A DNA stretch of 64,000 nt. Origin: Myxococcota bacterium (GTDB lineage Bacteria > Myxococcota_A > UBA796 > SXON01). The stretch covers positions 192,001 to 256,000 of the forward strand of contig JAZKFH010000032.1 of assembly GCA_040386535.1 (NCBI GenBank), given 5' to 3'. Shown piece after piece: positions 11,601-20,653 of this stretch; the first letter of the stretch is position 1; each line of letters opens with the position of its first letter. The position numbers and the translations under genes were made by a program. A model generated the notes under the pieces. It saw nothing but the letters and a program-made list of their open reading frames with translations. It was not told the DNA's origin and searched no databases.

Positions 11601-12628
11601 ATCGCGACGGGTTTCATCGACGCGGGGTCCCCCGGGACCAGCGCCCAGGGGCCATGGGCGTCGCCGATGCGCGTGGCGTGCAGGCCCTTCGTCCCCGGCC
11701 GCCAGATGACCAGGCCCTGCACCGCGACCGTCCCATCGGCCTGGGGGGCGTCCGTCGTGCCACCCAAGGCGGCGTCGACGTCGACCAACCCCTCGACGTA
11801 CCCCTTGCCCTCGCCCCCCCCGCCGGTCAGCCGGCCGAGATCGAGGTGCACGGAGAGGTCACCGCCGACGGGCCCGTTCCGCAGCATGGCCACAGCACCG
11901 TCCAACGAGAGCGCCTCGAAACGGACGTCGATCTCGGGCGCGATGAGCCGGTCGGGCCCGAACTGGAGCCCGGGAAAGGAGATGTCGGCCGCGTGCTGCG
12001 TGATCGTGCCGGCCACGATGTCGACCGTGGCGAGGCGCAGGTCGGTCGTGCCGGAGAGCTCGCCGGGACGCGCGTCGATGCCGCCGATCTCGACACTGCC
12101 AGCCGCGGACGCCAGCGTGAAGCGCCCGTCCACCACGACCAGCTCCTGCCACGGGAAACGGGTCGCGCGGGGCTTGCCGGTACCGCCGCCGCCGAGCCCC
12201 CGGGGCAGCCCGCGCAACTCGCGGAGGCCGTCGGCGTCGACGTGCAGGGACACCTGGGGCGCCTCGATCGTGAGCGTGCGCAGGACCGGGCGCAGCCCGT
12301 CCATCCCCGGCTCGACGCGCACCGTGCGCACGGCGGCGATGGTCTCGCCCGTTGGCGTGTGCGTGACGACGACCCCCTGCAGCTCCACCTGGAGCGGCAC
12401 GTAGTCGACCTCGATGCGCCCGATGGTGACGCGCTCCCCGATCGCGGCCTCGACCGCGCCCTCCGCCGCGCGCGCCGCGAGCCGGGCCACGAGCTCCGAC
12501 TGCACCACCACGAGCGTGACGCCGATGACGCCGAGCGGCACCAGCAAAAGCCGCCAGCGCCGGCCCGGACGGCGTCCACCCCCCGCGGGCGGGCGCCCCG
12601 TTGGTTCCGCCCTCCCTTCGGTGCCCAT
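8630..12628 (-). CDS. tamB: Translocation/assembly module TamB (DUF490-like)
   Basis: N-terminal TM anchor, long beta-rich body, C-terminal 'GELRYVDPYTFDPDLDI...SDPYLAQADVNALLLFG'. Confidence 0.85.
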   Translation of the reverse strand: MGTEGRAEPTGRPPAGGGRRPGRRWRLLLVPLGVIGVTLVVVQSELVARLAARAAEGAVEAAIGERVTIGRIEVDYVPLQVELQGVVVTHTPTGETIAAVRTVRVEPGMDGLRPVLRTLTIEAPQVSLHVDADGLRELRGLPRGLGGGGTGKPRATRFPWQELVVVDGRFTLASAAGSVEIGGIDARPGELSGTTDLRLATVDIVAGTITQHAADISFPGLQFGPDRLIAPEIDVRFEALSLDGAVAMLRNGPVGGDLSVHLDLGRLTGGGGEGKGYVEGLVDVDAALGGTTDAPQADGTVAVQGLVIWRPGTKGLHATRIGDAHGPWALVPGDPASMKPVAIEVGPLEMGWGEGTLLVDARVEPATGAVQGGVVAEGIRLARILQSAGVAPTPWADFVGDLETHVTGTIKPFRLDGPFEVNIGGFHVNDGPVDGPSDTLLAVPAGTVVGDLMVDAEHMVLDGRVAAGPSRGTARADLGFAAHGPLGVDVAFSTLDLSQLQPLGDAGLGGRASLSGWLGGRYDQPMSAEATLTVTDAVVLDMPLADHLTAALDSSDLRRLHFTDIRARLGETDYQGDFEIAFTDPMFIDTQVYVGAGHIRDLAGIFVDVGPMDGIVSGTAVLSGEPYHLDGDISVELRDVDLYGETFPSGHATAWMDDGEFTLDELVLARGEESVLARGSVARGFVMNLDVLSDGMALERLDHVVPLGLPLTGSIQLDAQIGGTLQDPAPRGRLTATRTFYDGSELEDTSVAFSSEAGVLAWDGGILGDALRTRGTLGMWGDQPYEAEATFTRFPAHLFYPRAQDGSPVDARLSGDLSLAGRFGDSPTPVDIEGRFDSVEARWDGHVLSAPEPWVFAVHGTSMQVPLLRLEGNAGTQLEFQGYTTGRGQLAFRGGGEVNLDLARAFVPELELAQGIAEVAVEIERDRDGRPRVEIAATLEDATLRSGYFPADFENVTATIEATSERYVIRDVTAEVGGGTFQSGESVIEADGWIPRRYQIEGELEDARVAYLDYLPPIVGDATLRFDGPVDDLLLSGTIDIDEMEFRERIDWEAMVLSLREERLTGSAPVEGARYFSLDLEVRADDTVRLRNNVADADASANLRIIGDTSRPGMVGEVLVEAGGEVYLHEREFEVTRGELRYVDPYTFDPDLDILLETDVRSHDQDYHVTYGVTGPFSDWRTNTASDPYLAQADVNALLLFGVTREELERYGGLGTALVAETGDLLLAQTAISRTNLFIIDRWNLVSGVSERGSSAVTSDLRLVAEKQVGEFDITVEKALGVNFGSDWYASVERRIAERLYATAYVATRQEGRSLPIGAAYGAEFKLKWELD

Positions 12629-12715
12629 CACGCCTCCCTGCTATGGGCGCCGCCCTCCGACGTCCACCCGACGTCCGCCCGGCGACGTCCACCCGGCAAT
12701 CTCGTGCGCGTTGCC

Positions 12716-12744
12716 TTGCCGAGTACAGACACCGGGTATACATG
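12716..12744 (+). promoter_or_regulatory. Putative sigma70-type promoter of tRNA-Gly (TTGCCG-N17-TACATG)
   Basis: Same architecture as the element upstream of tRNA-Asn; ends 11 nt before the tRNA. Confidence 0.4.
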
Positions 12745-12755
12745 CAACCGCGATT

Positions 12756-12831
12756 GCGGGTGTAGCTCAGTTGGTAGAGTACGAGCTTCCCAAGCTCGGT
12801 GTCGTGGGTCCGAATCCCATCACCCGCTCCA
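12756..12831 (+). tRNA. tRNA-Gly (CCC)
   Basis: Acceptor GCGGGTG/CACCCGC, D arm GCTC/GAGT, anticodon arm CGAGC-TTCCCAA-GCTCG, encoded CCA; T-loop reads TCCGAAT. Confidence 0.95.
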
Positions 12832-12955
12832 TCTACCCAGCGTCGGCGGCCGGTCGGAAAGACAGGTCCTGACTCACGAGAGGGCCGTTAGCGTGGAGAC
12901 ACGCTGGCGGCCCTTTTCTCGATCATCTTCTCGATTTCTATCGTGGAGCCTCCGC

Positions 12956-13297
12956 ATGCTCCGGTTCCGAGCCGGCCCCGAGAAGAAGGACGATGACGGC
13001 AATGTCCGCATCGCTCCCGACCTCGACGTCAAGACGCGCGTTGAGAAGCCGCGAATGTACAAGGTCTTGTTCCACAATGACGACTACACCACGATGGAAT
13101 TCGTCGTGGAGGTCCTCAGCGTGGTGTTCCGGCGAACGCGCGTCGAGGCGACCCGCATCATGCTTTCCATTCATCGGAGTGGAAAGGGCGTGGCGGGTGT
13201 CTATACGCGTGAGATTGCGGAAACAAAAGCCCAGCTTGCGATGGACCGTGCACGCGACCGTGGGTATCCGCTCCTCGTGACGACCGAACCGGAGTGA
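12956..13297 (+). CDS. clpS: ATP-dependent Clp protease adaptor ClpS
   Basis: YKVLFHNDDYTTMEFVV...IAETKA...GYPL; immediately upstream of clpA. Confidence 0.95.
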   Translation: MLRFRAGPEKKDDDGNVRIAPDLDVKTRVEKPRMYKVLFHNDDYTTMEFVVEVLSVVFRRTRVEATRIMLSIHRSGKGVAGVYTREIAETKAQLAMDRARDRGYPLLVTTEPE

Positions 13298-13304
13298 AGG
13301 ATAC

Positions 13305-15662
13305 ATGACGCTTTCCCGCGAACTCACCATCGCCCTCTCCCTCGCCATGGAGGTGGCGCGTGAGAAGCGGCACGAACTCTTGACCCTCGAGCACGTGCTG
13401 TACGCGTTGTTGACCGACCCCACCACTGCCGAGTGCCTCGAGGCCTGCGGCGCTGACCTGAAGAAGCTGGAGGTCGAGCTCGACGCCTTCTTCGAGAAGA
13501 TGGAGAAGCTCCCCGAAGACGAGGCCGAGGACTACGAGCCCACGCAGACCGCGGCGTTCACCCGCGTGCTCCAGCGCGCGGTGCATCACGTCCAGTCCTC
13601 CGGCAAGACCGAGGTGACCGGCGGCAACCTGCTCGTCGCGATGTACTCGGAGAACGACAGCCACGCGGTGCACATGCTGGAGAAGCAGAGCGTCACCAAG
13701 CTCGACGTGACCGCCTACATCGCGCACGGTGTCCGCAAAACCGCGCCGAAGAAGATGTCCGCGTCCACCGGCTCCACGGAGACCGAGGCCTCGTCCGCGA
13801 GCTCCGGGAACGACCCGCTCTCCAACTTCTGCGTCGACCTGGTCGCTCGCGCCGCCGCCGGCAAGATCGATCCGCTCGTCGGCCGGGACGCCGAGCTCGA
13901 GCGCACCCTGCAGATCCTCGCGCGCCGCCGCAAGAACAACCCCCTGTTCCTGGGGGATCCCGGCGTCGGCAAGACCGCGATCGTCGAGGGCCTCGCTCGC
14001 CGCATCCACGAGGGGAACGTGCCGGACCTGCTCAAGGGCAGCCGGCTCTACGCGCTCGACATGGGCGCCCTCATCGCCGGGACCCGGTACCGCGGCGACT
14101 TCGAGGAGCGCCTCAAGGCCGTCCTCAAGGCGCTCGACGAGAAGCCGAAGTCGATCCTGTTCATCGACGAGATCCACACCATCATCGGGGCCGGCGCCAC
14201 GCAGGGCGGCTCGATGGACGCGTCGAACCTGCTGAAGCCCGCGCTCGCCAGCGGAGAGCTCCGCTGCATCGGCTCGACCACCCACTCGGAGTACCGCGCG
14301 GCCTTCGGCCGGGATCGGGCGCTCGCGCGCCGCTTCCAGACGATCGACGTGGCGGAGCCCTCGGTGGACGAGTGCATCCTCATCCTGCACGGTCTGCGCA
14401 AGCAGTTCGAGACCCACCACGGCATCACCTACTCGGATGACGCGATCGACGCGGCGGCGCGCCTCGCCGCGCGGCACATCAACGATCGCCACCTCCCGGA
14501 CAAGGCGGTCGACGTGATCGACGAGGCCGGCGCCGCCGCCCGCCTGCACAAGCCCGGCTCGATCGTCGGCGTGCCCGAGGTCGAGGCCGTCGTCGCCCGC
14601 ATGGCGCGGGTCCCGCCCAAGACGGTGAGCAACGAGGAGCAGATCAACCTCTCCCGCCTCCCCGAGATGTTGCGCGCGCGGATCTACGGCCAGGATGAGG
14701 CAATCGCCGCCGTCACCCAAACCATCAAGCTCAACCGCGCGGGCCTCGGCTCTCCCAACAAGCCGGTCGGCTCGTTCCTGTTCTCCGGGCCCACGGGCGT
14801 CGGCAAGACCGAGCTCGCCAAGCAGCTCGCCGAGGTGCTCGGCGTGGCGTTCCTGCGGTTCGACATGTCCGAGTACATGGAGAAGCACACGGTCAGCCGG
14901 CTCATCGGCGCGCCCCCGGGGTACGTCGGCTTCGAGCAGGAGGGCCTGCTCACCGGCGCGGTCAACCGCACGCCCTACGCGGTGCTCGTGCTCGACGAGA
15001 TCGAGAAGGCGCACCCCGACATCTACAACATCCTGTTGCAGGTGATGGACCACGCCACCCTGACCGACAACAACGGCAAGAAGGCCGACTTCCGCAACGT
15101 CATCCTCGTGCTCACGACCAACGCGGGCGTGCGCGAGGGGCAGCGTCCGAGCCCCGGGTTCGGCCGCGCGGACCAGGGCCGCCGCGTGGACGACGCGGTC
15201 AACCGCACGTTCCCGCCCGAGTTCCGCAACCGGCTCGACGGGCTGATCGCGTTCGGCCCGCTCTCCCAGGACATCGTGCTCAAGGTCGTCGACAAGTTCG
15301 TGCTGGAGCTCTCCGCCCAGCTCGGCGCGCGCGACGTGACCTTGCAGATCACCCCCACGCTCCGCGCGTGGCTCGGGGAGAAGGGCTACAAGCCCGAGTT
15401 CGGCGCCCGTGAGATGGGTCGCGTCATCCAGGACGAGCTGAAGAAGCCGCTGGCGGACGAGCTCCTCTTCGGGAAGCTGATGAAGGGCGGCAGCGTGCTG
15501 GCCGACCTCGACGGGGACAAGGTCACGTTCACGATCATCGCCGGCCCCGCGTCGGCGCTGCCCGTGCCGCCGGACCTGTTGCCGGACGGCGAGGGTGCGA
15601 ACGGCCCGGATGATGGCCAGGGCGCGGCAGGCGGGAAGCGCCAGACCGAACCCGCCGCCTGA
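13305..15662 (+). CDS. clpA: ATP-dependent Clp protease ATP-binding subunit ClpA
   Basis: Two AAA modules ([16 protein letters not shown]), [15 protein letters not shown], no ClpB middle domain. Confidence 0.95.
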   Translation: MTLSRELTIALSLAMEVAREKRHELLTLEHVLYALLTDPTTAECLEACGADLKKLEVELDAFFEKMEKLPEDEAEDYEPTQTAAFTRVLQRAVHHVQSSGKTEVTGGNLLVAMYSENDSHAVHMLEKQSVTKLDVTAYIAHGVRKTAPKKMSASTGSTETEASSASSGNDPLSNFCVDLVARAAAGKIDPLVGRDAELERTLQILARRRKNNPLFLGDPGVGKTAIVEGLARRIHEGNVPDLLKGSRLYALDMGALIAGTRYRGDFEERLKAVLKALDEKPKSILFIDEIHTIIGAGATQGGSMDASNLLKPALASGELRCIGSTTHSEYRAAFGRDRALARRFQTIDVAEPSVDECILILHGLRKQFETHHGITYSDDAIDAAARLAARHINDRHLPDKAVDVIDEAGAAARLHKPGSIVGVPEVEAVVARMARVPPKTVSNEEQINLSRLPEMLRARIYGQDEAIAAVTQTIKLNRAGLGSPNKPVGSFLFSGPTGVGKTELAKQLAEVLGVAFLRFDMSEYMEKHTVSRLIGAPPGYVGFEQEGLLTGAVNRTPYAVLVLDEIEKAHPDIYNILLQVMDHATLTDNNGKKADFRNVILVLTTNAGVREGQRPSPGFGRADQGRRVDDAVNRTFPPEFRNRLDGLIAFGPLSQDIVLKVVDKFVLELSAQLGARDVTLQITPTLRAWLGEKGYKPEFGAREMGRVIQDELKKPLADELLFGKLMKGGSVLADLDGDKVTFTIIAGPASALPVPPDLLPDGEGANGPDDGQGAAGGKRQTEPAA

Positions 15663-15814
15663 CGCCGCGGCTCCTGTCGCGCGTCTGACCTTCAGATGAC
15701 CCGGGGCGCTCCTCGCGAGCGCCCCGGCTGTCGTTTTGGGGCCGTTCCCGCCGCCCCAGGAGCGCACCGCCGGGCCCTTCCCCCTCGCCTGACGCCCCCG
15801 TTCACAGCGTGGTG

Positions 15815-15844
15815 TTGACGCCCGCGCCTCCTCGCCCGTAGCAT
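15815..15844 (+). promoter_or_regulatory. Putative sigma70 promoter TTGACG-N18-TAGCAT
   Basis: Good -35/-10 match; overlaps ATG 15843, which favours ATG 15891 as the real start. Confidence 0.5.
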
Positions 15845-15890
15845 GGCGGCCACCCCGCCACCGGGCGGACCCTCCCCGAGGCAGCTCGTT

Positions 15891-17177
15891 ATGGACAAGC
15901 CGCAGCCCTTCGTCGTCCCCGCTGGCGTGAACTTCCAGATCACCGACGCGGGCGTCGTCATCGAGAACGAGGGCGACATCGTCCTCCACACCAACTTCGG
16001 CCGCTCGCTCCTCCGCATCGTGAGCACGGCCGGCTCCATCTCCATCCACGCGCCGGTCACCGGCGGCCTGATCCACGCCGCGGGCGACGTTTCCGTGCAC
16101 GGGGACACCCAGGCGAACGAAGTCAAGGCCGGCGGCTCGGTCAACGTGGCCGGGAGCACCCAGGTCGAGGCGCTCTCGGCGGGCGGCGACATCGTCATCA
16201 ACGGCAGCGCGCAGGGCGCCAGCCTCCTCGCCGGGGGCGACATCGGTGTCACCGGCGGGGCCACCGTCGGCAGCGTTCGCGCGGGCGGCCGGGTCGAGAT
16301 CGGGGGCGCCGTCAAGGCGGACACCCTGCACGCCGACGTGCTGCGCTTCGCGGGTGGCACCCTCACCGCGCGCGGCATCCAGGGCCGCTCCGCGGTGCAC
16401 ATCGGCGCCGCCAAGCTCCAGGTCGACGCGATCCTCGCCCCCGAGGTGCACCTCGACCCGCAGACCTCCGGCCGCTCGACCGTGATCGAGAGCCAGAACG
16501 ATCTCGGCCCCAACGCCATCAAGGGCGGGTTCCGCCTCGCGGACTACGCCGAGATGTTCGGTGATCCCGCGCCCTTCCTCGCGGAGCGCGGGTTGTCCCC
16601 GCTCGGCACCGCGCCGCCCGCCGCCCCGGTCCACGTGGAGTCGCCCGTCCGGTCCCCGGGCTCGGCGAGCGTCCCCGCCACCCCCGTGGCGTCCCCCGTC
16701 GCCCCCTCGGCGGCCGCCCCGATCCCGCTCGAAGCCGCCGCGACCGTCGTCGACCTCGAGCCCACCGCCTCCTCGGTGGAGGAGATCCCCATCGAGATCG
16801 AGGCCGCCGACACGATCGACGACACGGTCGAGACCCACGAGGCCGAGGAGGACCCCGCCACCTCGCAGGGCGCCCCCTCGCCGATCGAGCTCCAGGTCGA
16901 GGCCGCCGCCCCGGGCATCCCCCCCGAGCACCCGCTCCACAAGCAGCTCATCGAGGCCGTCACGCGCATCAGCGAGAGCTACGCGGACGCCGAGCTGCCC
17001 CCCGCGGTCAACCACCTCATGTCCCTCATCGAGACCCGCTCCTACGACCAGGTGCGCGCCGAGATCACGGCCATCTGGTCGGATCTGCTCAAGTACCACC
17101 AGAAGAAGGGCCTGCGCATCCAGCACCAGGTCACCACGACCTTCAACACGATCAACTCGCTCGTGAAGAAGATGTGA
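15891..17177 (+). CDS. Beta-helix (bactofilin/FapA-like) repeat protein with acidic linker and helical C-terminal domain
   Basis: Repeats of (I/V/L)xAGGxVx(I/V)xG; Pro/Glu-rich linker; strongly coding codon usage. Confidence 0.6.
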   Translation: MDKPQPFVVPAGVNFQITDAGVVIENEGDIVLHTNFGRSLLRIVSTAGSISIHAPVTGGLIHAAGDVSVHGDTQANEVKAGGSVNVAGSTQVEALSAGGDIVINGSAQGASLLAGGDIGVTGGATVGSVRAGGRVEIGGAVKADTLHADVLRFAGGTLTARGIQGRSAVHIGAAKLQVDAILAPEVHLDPQTSGRSTVIESQNDLGPNAIKGGFRLADYAEMFGDPAPFLAERGLSPLGTAPPAAPVHVESPVRSPGSASVPATPVASPVAPSAAAPIPLEAAATVVDLEPTASSVEEIPIEIEAADTIDDTVETHEAEEDPATSQGAPSPIELQVEAAAPGIPPEHPLHKQLIEAVTRISESYADAELPPAVNHLMSLIETRSYDQVRAEITAIWSDLLKYHQKKGLRIQHQVTTTFNTINSLVKKM

Positions 17178-18547
17178 TCGGGGTGCGGTCCGCCTCTCCG
17201 GCGTTCCGCGCCACCGTTCGCCTCGCGTGCCTCCTGGGCCTGCTCGCGCTCTCCCCGCCGGGAACGCGGGCCGAGCCCGCCCCCGTTCCGGCCGCGCCGC
17301 TCGCCCCCGCCACGATCGCGGCGCTCGCGCGGCTCGACGATCCCGACCCCCGCGCGCGCATCCTCGCCGCCCGCACCCTCGCCCACGACGCCGCCGCGCT
17401 CGACCCGCTCGCCGCTCGCCTCGGCAAGGAGTCCGACCCCGCGCTCCGCCGCGCGCTGATGGACGCCCTCGGGCGGCTGCCCCTCTCGGAGGAGGCGCTG
17501 ATCCACGCGGTGAAGAAGAGCCCCGAGCCCGCCGCGCGCGCCTTCGCCGCCCACTCGCTCGGCCGCGCCGGCACCGACGCCGCCGTGGCCGCGCTCCTCG
17601 TCGCCACGGCCGACCCCGACACCCTCGTGCGCAAGGAGGCGTACACGGCCCTCGGCCGCACCGGCGACCGTGTCGCGCTCGACACCCTGCTCAAGGCCGC
17701 CGTGCGGGATCCCGCCGCCGGATGCCGCGAGGCCGCCGTGGCCGCCGCCGAGCTGCTCGCCGCCGCCCCCACGGTGCCCCCCGACGTGACGATCGACCTC
17801 GCTCGCCTCCGCGGTGGCTCCCCCGACGAGCGCACCACCGCCGCGCGGCGCCTCGGGGAGTCGGGCGATCGTCGTGCGCTGGAGCCCCTCGTCGAGGCCG
17901 CGCGCGCCACCGAGCCCGCCCTCGCCCAGGCCGCCCTCGCCGCCCTCGGCCGCCTCGGTGATGCCCGCGCAGTCTCCCCGCTCGTCGCCCAACTCGGCAC
18001 CACCACGGGCCGCACCCGCTACGCCGTCCTCGGCGCGCTCGCCGCCCTGCGCGACGAGTCCTCGGTCGACCCCGTGGCGGTCCTCCTGTCGGATCCGGAC
18101 CCGTCCGCGCGACAGCTCGCCGTCCGGGCGCTCGGCTGGATCGCCCCGGACGATCTCTTCACACGCTTGTCACCAGCGCTGATCGACCCCCTCGAGGAGG
18201 TGCGGGCGGAGGTGCTCGCCGTCGTCTCGCAGAGCCGCGCGCCGACCCGCGTGGCAGCGCTCCTCAAAGCCCTCGGCGACCCCTCCCCCTTCCTGCGTGC
18301 CGAAGCCGTGCGGCTCTGCGCGGAAGCGGGGATCACGGACCGCATCCCGTCGCTGCTCGCCGATCCCGATCCGCTCGTACGCCTCGCCGCCGCCGACGCC
18401 CTCGACCTGCTGCGTCCGCCGGGGGCCGCGGTGGCCGTTCGTGCCGCGGCGACACGGGCGCGGGCCCCCGATGAGCGCGCCCACCTGGACGCGATCGCCA
18501 CGCGGCTCGAATCATCCGAGTTGCCGACGGGGGCAGGTGGCCGGTAA
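17174..18547 (+). CDS. Secreted HEAT-repeat protein
   Basis: Signal peptide followed by many L.DPDP.VR..A..AL repeats. Confidence 0.85.
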   Translation: MIGVRSASPAFRATVRLACLLGLLALSPPGTRAEPAPVPAAPLAPATIAALARLDDPDPRARILAARTLAHDAAALDPLAARLGKESDPALRRALMDALGRLPLSEEALIHAVKKSPEPAARAFAAHSLGRAGTDAAVAALLVATADPDTLVRKEAYTALGRTGDRVALDTLLKAAVRDPAAGCREAAVAAAELLAAAPTVPPDVTIDLARLRGGSPDERTTAARRLGESGDRRALEPLVEAARATEPALAQAALAALGRLGDARAVSPLVAQLGTTTGRTRYAVLGALAALRDESSVDPVAVLLSDPDPSARQLAVRALGWIAPDDLFTRLSPALIDPLEEVRAEVLAVVSQSRAPTRVAALLKALGDPSPFLRAEAVRLCAEAGITDRIPSLLADPDPLVRLAAADALDLLRPPGAAVAVRAAATRARAPDERAHLDAIATRLESSELPTGAGGR

Positions 18548-18548
18548 G

Positions 18549-19913
18549 ATGTCGGCCCGCCCCAGGTCGCCCATGCCCTTGTTGGCTCTGTCGCTGCTCG
18601 CCGGCTGCAACAGTTACGAGATGTTCCGCGTCACCGGCTTCGAACAAGCCAGCTTCAGCAACGACGCGGACATCCTGTTCGTCATCGACAACTCGGACTC
18701 GATGCAGCCGTACGCCGAGGCGCTCGCCTCGAACTTCGACCGCTTCATCGGGAAGCTCACGAACACCGAGACCGGGTCGGCGGTCCCCACCGAGACCCTC
18801 GGTGACGCCGTCTCCAACTACCTCCGGGAGACCACCGGGGACTCGTTGTTCATCGACTACCAGCTCGCGATCACGACGAGCTCGGTCTACTACGATGACG
18901 GCCCCACCCTGGAGATCGACCCCGGCGAGGCCGGCACGCTCGCGTTCGACGCCGCGTCCGCCGTCCCCGGGATCATCGGCCGCGACGTGGCGGACGCGGG
19001 GGCCGCCTTCCAGGCGAACCTGCTCTGCGAGTCCACGTGTTGGGACCAGAACATGCCGTCCGACCCCACCTACGTGTGCGGGGATGCCCTCGAGGGCGCG
19101 GTCTCCGAGGAATACCTCGACTGCACGTGCGGCGTCGGCGGGTGGCAGGGCAACTGCGGCACCGGCCAGGAGCAGCCCATCGAGGCCGCCTACATGGCCC
19201 TCTGCCGCGCGGTCGAGAACCCGCCTGAGGACTGCTACAACTTCGTCGACACCGCCGCCCAGGCCTTCGTCCCGGGTGACGAGCTCTCGAACGAGGGCCT
19301 GCTGCGCGAGGGCGCCAACACCCTGGTGGTCATCGTCACGGACGAGGGCGACAGCTCGCTCCGCACCGAGTCCGGCGCCGCGGCCGTCCCCGGCGACGTC
19401 GACACCGTGGTCGACGGCTACATCAAGCTGTTCGAGCAGTTCCCGAACCTCGTGCGCTTCGCCGTCATCGGCCCCGCGTGGGACGGCTCGGACGGCTCCT
19501 GCCTCCTCGGCGCGCAGGAGTGGGGTGTGGACCGCTACTACGGCATGGTCGAAGAGACCGACGGCCTCTACATCCCGCTGACCAACCTCGAAGACGGGTG
19601 CAGCGAGACCGACTTCGGCACCAGCCTCGACCAGCTCGGCAGCCTCCTGTCGAACCTGCTCACGCTCTTCCCGCTCCAGTCGATCCCCGACGTGGCCTCG
19701 ATCGAGGTGTACGTCAACGACGAGATCGTCGAGCGCTCCGAAGAGGTCGCGGGCTCGACCGAGGCCGGCCGCACCGAGTACGAGACCGGCTGGAGCTACG
19801 ACGCCTCCGAGAACGCCGTGGCGTTCCACGGCGAGGCCGTGCCCGAGTACAACGAGGACGTTCGCATCTACTACCGCACCCTCGGCGGCACGCCCCGCGA
19901 GCTCCCCTTCTAG
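18549..19913 (+). CDS. Cys-rich VWA-domain lipoprotein (CglB/CglD-like)
   Basis: Lipobox LLAGC; MIDAS DILFVIDNSDSM; VIVTDEGD; many cysteines. Confidence 0.75.
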   Translation: MSARPRSPMPLLALSLLAGCNSYEMFRVTGFEQASFSNDADILFVIDNSDSMQPYAEALASNFDRFIGKLTNTETGSAVPTETLGDAVSNYLRETTGDSLFIDYQLAITTSSVYYDDGPTLEIDPGEAGTLAFDAASAVPGIIGRDVADAGAAFQANLLCESTCWDQNMPSDPTYVCGDALEGAVSEEYLDCTCGVGGWQGNCGTGQEQPIEAAYMALCRAVENPPEDCYNFVDTAAQAFVPGDELSNEGLLREGANTLVVIVTDEGDSSLRTESGAAAVPGDVDTVVDGYIKLFEQFPNLVRFAVIGPAWDGSDGSCLLGAQEWGVDRYYGMVEETDGLYIPLTNLEDGCSETDFGTSLDQLGSLLSNLLTLFPLQSIPDVASIEVYVNDEIVERSEEVAGSTEAGRTEYETGWSYDASENAVAFHGEAVPEYNEDVRIYYRTLGGTPRELPF

Positions 19914-19978
19914 GCCCGCGTGCCGTTCAGAAGCGGCGCTTTCCCCCTCCAGGCTCTGGCCCCTTCCCCGGATCATCG

Positions 19979-20653
19979 ATGCTGACGCTGCTGCTGGCCG
20001 CCCTCGCCTCCGCGAACCTCGCCCTGGCCGAGGAGACCCCCGCCACGGGCCCGGTCGACGTGGGTGTGCTCAAGAACTCCGACATCCGCGTCGTCCAGAA
20101 GGTGCTCTACACCAAGGAAGACCGCCTGGAGCTCGGCGTGTCCCTCGGCGTGATGCCGTTCGACGGCTTCACGGTCGCCCCCGCGGTGCTCGCCTCGGGC
20201 ACGATGCACCTCTCCGAGCAGGTCGGCGTCGAGCTGCAGGTGGGCGGCGGGTACGGCCTGAAGAACGGCAACTACGTGGAGCTCGAGAAGGCGACCGTCG
20301 CGTTCGAGGCGTACCGCTACCTCGCGAGCGTCGAGGCCGACCTCCAGTGGACCCCCATCTACGCCAAGATGAACCTGGGGAACGGCACGATCCTCCACCA
20401 CGACGTGTACTTGCTCGCCGGCGTCGGCGCCACGCTCGAGCAGTCGGTGTTCCCGTCCGCCGAGATCACGGTGGCGCCCACGCTGCCCGTCGGCATCGGC
20501 ACCCGCATCTTCCTCAACCCGAACACCGCCCTGAAGTTCGAGCTCCGCGACAACCTGATGGCCGAGTACCGCGCCCAGTCGCAGACCTGGGCCTTCAAGC
20601 AGAACGTCGCCGTGTCCGCCGGCCTCTCCTTCTTCGGGAAGGCGAAGAACTGA
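19979..20653 (+). CDS. Myxobacterial-type outer-membrane beta-barrel protein (GltA/GltB-like)
   Basis: IRVVQKVLYTKEDRLEL, WTPIYAKMNL, ELRD, C-terminal GLSFF. Confidence 0.75.
   Translation: MLTLLLAALASANLALAEETPATGPVDVGVLKNSDIRVVQKVLYTKEDRLELGVSLGVMPFDGFTVAPAVLASGTMHLSEQVGVELQVGGGYGLKNGNYVELEKATVAFEAYRYLASVEADLQWTPIYAKMNLGNGTILHHDVYLLAGVGATLEQSVFPSAEITVAPTLPVGIGTRIFLNPNTALKFELRDNLMAEYRAQSQTWAFKQNVAVSAGLSFFGKAKN

Noticed and set aside
5399..12955. 2632-aa + strand ORF and other long antisense ORFs (13158..17126, 31273..33738, 60741..63983)
   Set aside because: Shadow frames of real genes in high-GC DNA; only the clpS tail of the first is genuine
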